Source of the DNA: a virus
Taxonomy: Duplodnaviria > Caudoviricetes
Length of the DNA stretch: 64,000 nucleotides
Virus record (IMG/VR): IMGVR_UViG_3300013121_000044
Span: 32,001 to 96,000 of that record
Reading direction: 5' to 3' (one strand)
Shown: positions 57,312 to 64,000 of the stretch, piece after piece
Numbering within the stretch: position 1 is the stretch's first letter
How the letters are laid out: each line of letters opens with the position of its first letter
The notes under the pieces: model-generated
What the model was told of the DNA's origin: nothing
The model's input: only the letters and a program-made list of their open reading frames with translations
Databases searched by the model: none
Translations under genes and position numbers: made by a program

Positions 57312-58619
57312 ATGCCCAAGTTCCAGTATATGGTGACCGAGGACTACATCCGCGACTGGAGGCCCGCGCACGCGCTCCGCGAGATCCTCGCGAACGGAGT
57401 CGACGCCGAGAGCGAACGCAAGGCCCCGCTCCAGGTCCACCACAACCCGAAGACGAACACCCTCTCGGTCAAGAACGTCGGCACCCGCTTGGACGTGAGG
57501 GCCCTCTATTTCGGGGGTACGACCAAGGCGGGGAACGCCGACACGATCGGTCAGTACGGGGAGGGGCTCAAGCTCGCGCTTCTGGTCCTGGCGCGCAACA
57601 GCGTGCCCGTCAAGGTCCACAACGACGACGAGGACTGGAACGCGACCATCGAGCCCGACGCCAACGGGATGCGCGTCCTCACGGTCAAGACGCGAAAGGT
57701 CGCCACCCCGACGGGGTCGGTCGAAGTCGAGATCGGAAGCGTCGGCTTCGAGCTCTGGTGCGAGGTGCGCGACATGTTCCTGCGCCTCCTTCCCCCGGAG
57801 AAGGCCATCAAGCTGAACGACGGCACGATCCTCTTCGACGCGGACCGCGTCGGTCGCTACTACGTGCGGGGCGTCTTCGTCTCGCATCAGCCGAACGCGG
57901 CGTTCGGCTACGACTTCGCCAACCTGACCGTCGGGCGTGACCGCGCCGCCTTCAACATCACGGACGCGGAGATCTACATCTCGCGAATGTGGGACGAGGC
58001 GGTGACGCGCGCGGATGAGGTGGCGTTGCCGCTGTTCCAGGCAATGCGCTCCGACGCGCAAGATCTGGCGGGCTTCTCCTGGACCGCGCACCCCGCGCTC
58101 TCGGCGCGCCTCGTGAAGATCTTCAAGGACGAGTACGGGGACGACGCCTACCCGATCGTGGCGACGGGCGAGGGGCTGCCGCTGGAGCACCTGGGGCTGC
58201 GCGGGGTGGTACTGCCTCGGGCGCTCGTCGTCTGCCTCAAGCGAGCCCTTCCGCCCGTGGAAACCCTCCAACGGGAGATGGCCCGTGCGGTCAAGGAACG
58301 CTACGCGCTGGAGGATCTCACGGACGCGGAGCGGAAGAACTTCCTCGGCGCCCTCGATCTCCTGGCGGACGTGGGCGTAGACCTGCGGGGACGCGCCGTC
58401 GTCGTCCAATTCGGCGACGCGACGATCCTGGGGCTCCACCAGGGCGAGGAGATTCAGATCAGCCGCGCGATCCTGGGAGACTGGGGGGAGACCCTCATGG
58501 TGCTCATCCACGAGGCCGCCCACGACCTGGGGGTGGACGGCTCGATGAGCCACGTGAGCCGGGAAGAGGCCCTCGTGGTGAAGGTCTTCAACCGGCTTCG
58601 GGCGGGTCGTCCGGGGTGA
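57312..58619 (+). CDS. GHKL-family ATPase fused to an HExxH domain
   Basis: ALREILANGVDA, IGQYGEGLK; C-terminal IHEAAH. Confidence 0.8.
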   Translation: MPKFQYMVTEDYIRDWRPAHALREILANGVDAESERKAPLQVHHNPKTNTLSVKNVGTRLDVRALYFGGTTKAGNADTIGQYGEGLKLALLVLARNSVPVKVHNDDEDWNATIEPDANGMRVLTVKTRKVATPTGSVEVEIGSVGFELWCEVRDMFLRLLPPEKAIKLNDGTILFDADRVGRYYVRGVFVSHQPNAAFGYDFANLTVGRDRAAFNITDAEIYISRMWDEAVTRADEVALPLFQAMRSDAQDLAGFSWTAHPALSARLVKIFKDEYGDDAYPIVATGEGLPLEHLGLRGVVLPRALVVCLKRALPPVETLQREMARAVKERYALEDLTDAERKNFLGALDLLADVGVDLRGRAVVVQFGDATILGLHQGEEIQISRAILGDWGETLMVLIHEAAHDLGVDGSMSHVSREEALVVKVFNRLRAGRPG

Positions 58620-58986
58620 CGGGAGGGGCTTCGGGCGTCCGCGCGGTGACGAACGCCTCCAGGGCCCCCCGGAGATGGGGGTCCCGGAGGGCCGCGCGGA
58701 CGGCCGGGGACACCGGCAGGCGCTCCAACACGTCCTCGGGCACCTGACCGGAGCGACGGGCGGCGAACCGCTGCACGAGGCGGAGGTTCTTGGCGATGTC
58801 CCAGCCGTTGGCTCGTGAGAGCTCAACGAAAAAAGCCAAACCCGGCTTTCGGAGGGCCCACGCCTCCCACTCGGAGGGGGTCTTCTTGTGGAAGGCGAGG
58901 TTGATGAGCGCCGAGATGAGGGGCCACCCCACCAAAGGCATGAGGAGGGGGAGGTAGGGCAGCGCAGCGACGAGGAAGGGGTGCAT
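58588..58986 (-). CDS. Small membrane protein (holin-like?)
   Basis: Hydrophobic N-terminus PYLPLLMPLVGWPLISALINLAF; 132 aa. Confidence 0.6.
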   Translation of the reverse strand: MHPFLVAALPYLPLLMPLVGWPLISALINLAFHKKTPSEWEAWALRKPGLAFFVELSRANGWDIAKNLRLVQRFAARRSGQVPEDVLERLPVSPAVRAALRDPHLRGALEAFVTARTPEAPPVTPDDPPEAG

Positions 58987-59108
58987 GGGGGAAGGGTAGG
59001 GGTGGGGGAGGGGGAATACGCCGTATGGGGGGTCTAAAACAGGGGGTCCCCCCGGGTAGAAGAACATGTAGGGGAAGACCGGCCCCTAAACCCCCAAGGA
59101 GGACTCCC

Positions 59109-59735
59109 ATGACGACGACCCAACCCACGACGACCCAACCCACGACGACCACCTTCGACCGCAGCATCTTCATCGCGGCCGTGGCTGCGATCCTCTCGAA
59201 GAGCTTCGAGCCGGGCGACGCCCAGGACGCGGCTGCGCTCGTGATGCCGGCGACCGTGTGCACCGCCGACGAGAGGCGGGTGTACTGCCTGCTCTCCGCC
59301 CAGCTCTACGCAGGGGACGGGAAGCCCGCCACGGCGCTCGCGTGGCGGGTGCGGCATGCGTTCGAGGCGGGCGTCATCGGCGCTCCCTCGAAGTACCGCT
59401 TCGCCGCCCGCGAGATCTCCGGGGACGCCATCGCCACGGCCGAGCGCGAAACGCGGCAGGTCCAGCGCCGCATGGCGTCGGACCGGATCGCCGAGCGTCA
59501 GGTCAAGGCCACCGAGCGCCTCGCGGACGCCGTGGAGATGGCTGTCAGGCTCTTCGCCATGCGCGAGGGCAACGGCCAGGACTTCACGGATATCCGGCTC
59601 GCGTACGACGCCCTCGCCAACAAGCGCGACGAGGCGCGCGCGGCGGAGGCGAAGGCGGCGGCCGAGAAGGCGGCGGCCGAGAAGGCGGCGGCCGAGAAGG
59701 CGGCGGCCGAGAAGGCGGCGGCGAAGGCCGCCTGA
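59109..59735 (+). CDS. Hypothetical protein with TTTQP and AEKAA repeats
   Basis: AAGGAGGA SD; downstream of GGTAGAAG; followed by a terminator. Confidence 0.8.
   Translation: MTTTQPTTTQPTTTTFDRSIFIAAVAAILSKSFEPGDAQDAAALVMPATVCTADERRVYCLLSAQLYAGDGKPATALAWRVRHAFEAGVIGAPSKYRFAAREISGDAIATAERETRQVQRRMASDRIAERQVKATERLADAVEMAVRLFAMREGNGQDFTDIRLAYDALANKRDEARAAEAKAAAEKAAAEKAAAEKAAAEKAAAKAA
59651..59722 (+). repeat. 15-bp tandem repeat GCCGAGAAGGCGGCG (about 4.7 copies)
   Basis: Perfect units at 59661, 59676, 59691 and 59706; encodes AEKAA. Confidence 0.9.
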
Positions 59736-59751
59736 CCGACCACGAAGCTGG

Positions 59752-59798
59752 AGGTGAAGGAGGGACCCCGCGACGGGGTCCCTCCGTCCTCACCTTTT
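59752..59798 (+). terminator. Intrinsic terminator
   Basis: Stem GGAGGGACCCCG/CGGGGTCCCTCC, outer pair AGGTGA/TCACCT, then a T run. Confidence 0.7.
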
Positions 59799-59890
59799 GG
59801 CGCTGAGGCGCCGAGCACCACAAGCACCACAAGCACTATGCAGACTCCCGCGCCGGCCGCACACGACCCACCCTTCACCGCAGGAGCTCC

Positions 59891-60175
59891 ATGTCCAACA
59901 TCCTCAAATTCCCCACCCCCGCCCGCGTCGAGCCGACCACCCCTGACGGGTGGAAGAAGGCACTCACGGATGCGGGTGAAGCCGTCGTCCTCGCGCAGAT
60001 GCAAGGGGGCGACGTTCGGAAAGCCAAGATGGAATACGATGCCATCGAAGCGCGTCTCCCCACCGAGGTGCGCGAAGCCCTCGCTTCGCGGGTCTCGCGT
60101 GGAGACCTGATCCACCTCCTCGACCGGGGGTGGGACTTCGTCGAAGCCGTGCTGAAGATCAAGACACGGTTCTGA
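59891..60175 (+). CDS. Hypothetical protein
   Basis: AGGAG SD; 94 aa. Confidence 0.75.
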   Translation: MSNILKFPTPARVEPTTPDGWKKALTDAGEAVVLAQMQGGDVRKAKMEYDAIEARLPTEVREALASRVSRGDLIHLLDRGWDFVEAVLKIKTRF

Positions 60176-60258
60176 GCGAAACCGAGGAGAAGGGTGAGCG
60201 CGGGGCCGGGAAGAAGGGCCCGACTCCGCGCGGCCGGAAGGCGCACCTCTCTCTTTGG

Positions 60259-60897
60259 TCAGCGATAGTCCGCGACCTGGATCGCCTCGGGTGCGTTCGT
60301 ACGGAGCCACAGAAGCATCGCCTGCGCCATCGAGAAAGGTGGAACGCCTCCGCCGTCGATGACGCCGAGAACACTCTCCACGACGGCGCGCGCGAACTCC
60401 TTGTCGGGCGGGTCGAGATGGTAGAGCGAAGATCGAAGCACGGAGGCGTCCTCCGGCGACGGGCGCTCCCCTGTCGTCACGAAATCCGCCCACAGCCCCA
60501 CGGCCGACGCTTCGGCCTCCCGCTTGGCGCGAAGCTCCCCGGAGCCGAGGTAGTCGACGGCGGCCTGGACTCCTCCGACCTGCGCGATCTGTCGGACGTG
60601 CACGAGCTCGTGCATGCCCGTGTTGAAGTAGCGCCGTCCGTCGGTGACCGCCGTCTTCGACAGAATGATCAGCGTGCCGCCGGGCGCAGGCAGGGTGACG
60701 GAGACGTTCTCCGCCGCCTGCTCGACGAGCTTCTGGAAGCCGCCAAGCACGTCGCCGCCGCCGGGCACGAGAGAGGCGAGACCGCGCGCGATGGCGACCC
60801 CCAGCGCGACCCGGGGGTCCCCCGGCTCGATCACACGCACCCCCTGACCCTCGGCGAGGGCGCGGACGCAGGCGCGAGCCGTCGTGAGGTCCATCAC
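60259..60897 (-). CDS. Zincin-like metallopeptidase
   Basis: MHELVHVRQ...REAEA; GGAGG SD; coupled to the upstream lipoprotein. Confidence 0.7.
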   Translation of the reverse strand: MMDLTTARACVRALAEGQGVRVIEPGDPRVALGVAIARGLASLVPGGGDVLGGFQKLVEQAAENVSVTLPAPGGTLIILSKTAVTDGRRYFNTGMHELVHVRQIAQVGGVQAAVDYLGSGELRAKREAEASAVGLWADFVTTGERPSPEDASVLRSSLYHLDPPDKEFARAVVESVLGVIDGGGVPPFSMAQAMLLWLRTNAPEAIQVADYR

Positions 60898-61184
60898 GGC
60901 GCACCTCCATCCGTGGGACAGCCCGAAGGATCGGCACACGCGGCGGCGGGGGCGCGAACGCAGGAGGCGACGCCCCCGTCCGAGACGCGGCAGGTCTGGC
61001 CCGGCACGGCGGAGCAAGGCTGATCGCCCACGACGTGCCAGCGCTGGGTCTGCGAGCAGACCTCCGGCTGGTCGTTCTGGCACCGCTGCGCGAGCGGTCG
61101 ACACCCCGCCACGGGAGGCAGTTTCGGACAGGCCGCCAAGCCCAGGGCCAGAGTGAGGAGGAGACGAGGAACGGATTGACGCAT
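60894..61184 (-). CDS. Cys-rich lipoprotein
   Basis: Signal MRQSVPRLLLTLALGLAA-C with lipobox; 8 further Cys. Confidence 0.75.
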   Translation of the reverse strand: MRQSVPRLLLTLALGLAACPKLPPVAGCRPLAQRCQNDQPEVCSQTQRWHVVGDQPCSAVPGQTCRVSDGGVASCVRAPAAACADPSGCPTDGGAP

Positions 61185-61214
61185 ACGACAAGAATACGCC
61201 GTACGGTCGGACCG

Positions 61215-61244
61215 TTGACAGACGGTTAGCCGAACGGGTAAGAC
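61215..61244 (+). promoter_or_regulatory. Host sigma70-type promoter
   Basis: TTGACA-N18-TAAGAC upstream of ORF 61294. Confidence 0.55.
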
Positions 61245-61293
61245 GGTTCCCGCCCTGATGGTTGGGCGGTGACGAACGAGAGAGAGGACACCC

Positions 61294-61512
61294 ATGATCG
61301 AGAGCAAGAGGCCGGTGGAGGAACGTGCGGCGGAGGCGGTGGCGAACCTTCAGAAGAAGAAGGACGCCCTCACCAAGGCGGAGAACGCCGCCAAGCTCGC
61401 AGAAGTGAAGTGCACCCTCGCCCGCATGGACTTCGACAACTCCGTGCGTGCGGCGTCGTCGAAGTTCCCCGAGCAGGTCGCGGCGGCCGGCTTCACGCCC
61501 CCGCAGGACTGA
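61294..61512 (+). CDS. Small coiled-coil protein
   Basis: GAGGA SD; 72 aa. Confidence 0.75.
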   Translation: MIESKRPVEERAAEAVANLQKKKDALTKAENAAKLAEVKCTLARMDFDNSVRAASSKFPEQVAAAGFTPPQD

Positions 61513-61537
61513 CGGGGACCGGCGACAGACGAGTCAG

Positions 61538-61581
61538 AGAAAGGGCGCCGAGGCGGCACGGCCTCGGCGCCCGTTTCTTTT
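61538..61581 (+). terminator. Intrinsic terminator
   Basis: Stem GGGCGCCGAGGC/GCCTCGGCGCCC followed by GTTTCTTTT. Confidence 0.8.
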
Positions 61582-61593
61582 GGAGGTGAACGA

Positions 61594-62076
61594 ATGAGAC
61601 CGATCGAAAAACTGATCGCACTCGGGGTCACGTGGCTCGACGCCGTCCACACGGCGCAGCTCGTGGCGAACGAGACGCAAGACCTGTACGACACGTGCGT
61701 GGACGCGGACCCGGACGATCCTGAGACGGCGAAAGTCTTCTTCCACGTCCTGGTGACGATGCGAACGCTTCAGGCGAAGATGAACCAGCGCTTCGAGGGG
61801 TTCGGGCGAGAGCTGATCCAGTACTACCGCGCGTACCTCGTCGCGCGTGACGAGGCATATCCGGGTTCCGTCTACGAGGACGCCCTGTACATCGTCCGCA
61901 GGTGGCACGCGAGAAAGGACACCGAGCTCCCGCCGCATCCCCCGACGGTGCGAGGCATCCTGGTGATCCTCGACGCGCTGGCCCTGCCTTCGACCGATGA
62001 GGTGCAGATCCTCGGGGAGATCCATCGAGCGCTCCACGAAGCGGAGACGCGGGCAGCGGACCCCACCGCACGATGA
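61594..62076 (+). CDS. Hypothetical protein
   Basis: GGAGG SD; 160 aa. Confidence 0.75.
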   Translation: MRPIEKLIALGVTWLDAVHTAQLVANETQDLYDTCVDADPDDPETAKVFFHVLVTMRTLQAKMNQRFEGFGRELIQYYRAYLVARDEAYPGSVYEDALYIVRRWHARKDTELPPHPPTVRGILVILDALALPSTDEVQILGEIHRALHEAETRAADPTAR

Positions 62077-62483
62077 CCTTCGAGCCCACTCCCTGTTCCA
62101 TCTGTGCGGAGGCGTACGGGGACACCTGGGTGTATCGCAAGAAGCCCGGGTGGGTTCGACACCTGGGTTCGTATGCGCACACAGTGGCTCGTTTTATCTG
62201 CGAACATCGGTTTCACTTTATCGCGGTGACTCCTGCGGTCCTGGTTCATTTGGAGCACCACGGCGTCTCCCTTACGCCGATCTACGGACCTCCCGTCGTA
62301 TGTGTGCAGGGTTTTTACGGGCGCAAGGAACGCAAGCGTGAAAACCCGTGGCTTCGGCGTAGCGACGTGATCGACGCGCTCGAATCCTTCGCCATCGAAA
62401 ACGAACTCACTCAAACCATGACCGCGCTTCTACGCACGGCCCAAGACAAGAACAGCAAGAGAACTGTTTCCAACGGAGGATGA
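62073..62483 (+). CDS. Hypothetical protein
   Basis: 136 aa; coupled on both sides. Confidence 0.6.
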   Translation: MTFEPTPCSICAEAYGDTWVYRKKPGWVRHLGSYAHTVARFICEHRFHFIAVTPAVLVHLEHHGVSLTPIYGPPVVCVQGFYGRKERKRENPWLRRSDVIDALESFAIENELTQTMTALLRTAQDKNSKRTVSNGG

Positions 62484-64000
62484 ACAAGGTGACCCCCACC
62501 CCCCAACAAATCGCCGCGTGTGAACACGTCCGCGACTCCAACCGGAACCTCGCCGTACGCGCCCGTGCGGGCACCGGCAAGACCACGCTCCTCGTGAAGC
62601 TGACGGAGCAGATCTCGCGGCGCGAGAAGGCTCTGGCCGTGGCCTTCAACAAGTCGATCGCGGAAGAGCTGCGTGCCCGCGTCCCGCGCCACATCGACGT
62701 GAAAACCCTTCACGGTCTCGGCTTCGCCGCGATCCAGCGCGCCTGGGGCCGGAGACTCGAAACCGACTCGCAACGGCAGCGCTCGTACGCGCGCGAGGTC
62801 GTGCCGGAATCGCCGAGCTGGTCGCATCGCACGGTCGTGGGGACGGTGTGCAAGCTCGTGTCGATGGCGATGGGGCAGCTCGCGACGACGCCTGACCACG
62901 TCGCCGAGGTCATGTACGAGTACGGCATCCTGGCGGATCGGGGCGTCAAGCCGGAGCAGTACGTCGACTGGGCCGTCCAGGTGATCGCGCGAAGCCGCGC
63001 CGAGACCTCCGCGATCTCCTTCGACGACATGGTGTTCCTTCCCGCCATCGAACACGTCATGACAGGCGCGTACGATGTGGTGTTCTTCGACGAGGCGCAG
63101 GACGCGAACCCGGCGCAGAAAGCGCTCCTCCTCGCGGCGGTGCGGCGCGGGGGGAAGGTTGTCATCGTCGGGGACGACCGGCAGTGCCACCCGGCGGGGG
63201 TACTGGTTCGCGTCGCAAGCAATCGCGACGTGCCGATCGAACAGCTCGCCGGCAGAAGCTCGGTGATGGGGTGGAATCGCCCCAGCCAGAAGCTCATCGG
63301 CGGAAGACCCTTCCAGATCTCGGAGCGCCCCTACCAGGGGCCGATCCTCACGATCGACGTGGAGGGACACTCGAAGTCTCTTCCCGTGACTCCCAACCAC
63401 AAGTTCCTGGCCCGCTGGTCGGATCGCACCAGTAACGTGTGCGTGACCTACCTGATGCGTCGGGACGGATTCGGATACCGCGTGGGATGGTGCAAGCTCT
63501 TCAACACGGGGAGAGTGAAGAGTCTGCACCTCGCACATCGGGCTCTGCTCGAAAAGGCGGACGCCGTGTGGATTCTGAAGATTCACGACGGGCGAACGGA
63601 CGCTAGCGTGTATGAGAGCATCGTCGCAGCAAAGTACGGTCTCCCTACGGTGACTTTCGAGCCGGTCGAAGGTGCGAACCATCTGACGGAGACAGCGATC
63701 GGCAGCATCTTCGTGGCTCTGCGCGAAGATAACGAGGTTCGGGGGGCGCGGGCGCTTCAGGAACACGGCCTGGACGCGACACTCCCTCTCCTCCCCTATC
63801 CGACACATGCCAGCGACGGTCCGGGTCTGTACCGACGTGGTACGTACTTCGTCTGCTACGCGACGAATCTGATTCCCAGGATGATGGCCCTCCCCCTCGG
63901 AGAGGGCGTCAACAACTGGGCTCCGGTCTCGGACGTGAGGCGTACGCCGTACGCAGGCCCTGTGTACTCCCTCGATGTCTCGAAGGACCACAGCTACTGC
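62480..64000 (+). CDS. UvrD/Rep-family (SF1) helicase, partial, intein-containing
   Basis: Manual translation: TPQQ, ARAGTGKTT, AFNK, KTLHGLG, FDDM, FDEAQD, VGDDRQ; open to the window end; absent from the ORF track. Confidence 0.9.
   Translation, partial: MNKVTPTPQQIAACEHVRDSNRNLAVRARAGTGKTTLLVKLTEQISRREKALAVAFNKSIAEELRARVPRHIDVKTLHGLGFAAIQRAWGRRLETDSQRQRSYAREVVPESPSWSHRTVVGTVCKLVSMAMGQLATTPDHVAEVMYEYGILADRGVKPEQYVDWAVQVIARSRAETSAISFDDMVFLPAIEHVMTGAYDVVFFDEAQDANPAQKALLLAAVRRGGKVVIVGDDRQCHPAGVLVRVASNRDVPIEQLAGRSSVMGWNRPSQKLIGGRPFQISERPYQGPILTIDVEGHSKSLPVTPNHKFLARWSDRTSNVCVTYLMRRDGFGYRVGWCKLFNTGRVKSLHLAHRALLEKADAVWILKIHDGRTDASVYESIVAAKYGLPTVTFEPVEGANHLTETAIGSIFVALREDNEVRGARALQEHGLDATLPLLPYPTHASDGPGLYRRGTYFVCYATNLIPRMMALPLGEGVNNWAPVSDVRRTPYAGPVYSLDVSKDHSYC
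63185..64000 (+). mobile_element. Intein with GIY-YIG-like endonuclease in UvrD motif III (partial)
   Basis: VGDDRQ|CHPAG; block B VTPNHKF; VTYLMRR...YRVG; block F VYSLDVSKDHSY at the window edge. Confidence 0.82.

Larger units (their letters stand above)
1264..63952. repeat. Dispersed palindrome RTACGNCGTAY (27 copies of the core TACGNCGTA)
   Basis: Core starts: 1265, 3202, 6968, 7495, 11193, 14069, 16663, 19836, 20380, 24264, 25798, 27187, 29106, 33776, 35211, 36573, 40864, 41483, 43795, 45837, 48827, 51065, 53174, 54976, 59017, 61195, 63943. 24 have a central C/G; 26 have R..Y flanks. Confidence 0.9.

Noticed and set aside
59651-59722. Tandem repeat as a CRISPR array
   Set aside because: 15-bp units with no spacers, in frame within a gene.
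60181-60259. Long imperfect hairpin at a convergent junction as an ncRNA
   Set aside because: Most simply a bidirectional transcription stop or 3' stabiliser; there is no separate promoter signal.
1264-63952. Dispersed palindrome as a by-product of a common tripeptide
   Set aside because: It occurs in three frames and between genes, and uses codons disfavoured in this genome; a formal null test is still needed.
1-64000. tRNA, rRNA, integrase, transposase, major capsid and tail sheath genes
   Set aside because: None recognised by eye; intergenic space is minimal. They may lie outside the window, and a tRNA scan was not run.

Overview
The window is a 64-kb internal slice of a large, very GC-rich (~70%) tailed phage or prophage with a myovirus-type baseplate. 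No host housekeeping genes, rRNA, tRNA or CRISPR array were seen. Genes are partitioned by strand. The + strand carries replication and nucleotide-metabolism genes: SNF2, DinG and UvrD helicases, a ParB-like protein, a RecB/Cas4-like nuclease, a primase-helicase, a family A DNA polymerase with a UDG-like N-terminus, a DEDDh exonuclease, RuvC, class II RNR, a GHKL ATPase and small ORFs. The - strand carries virion genes (portal, terminase, baseplate, tape measure, tail chaperones with a -1 frameshift), an intein-containing RNA polymerase beta-like subunit (missing from the ORF track because it runs off the left edge) and two sigma-like factors. The most striking unexplained signal is a palindrome, RTACG-N-CGTAY (centre usually C/G), found 27 times by hand scan (26 with full R/Y flanks), about every 2.4 kb. 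It occurs in all three reading frames, in intergenic regions and inside both inteins, in a genome that encodes a ParB/KorB-like protein. This is a candidate genome-wide operator or parS-like system. Other notable signals are an exact 135-bp in-frame duplication shared by the tape-measure and hub genes, a candidate phage promoter GGTA[TGA]AAG preceding micro-ORFs and structured RNAs, and divergent genes that share one CATG. All calls come from manual motif reading; no database searches were run.
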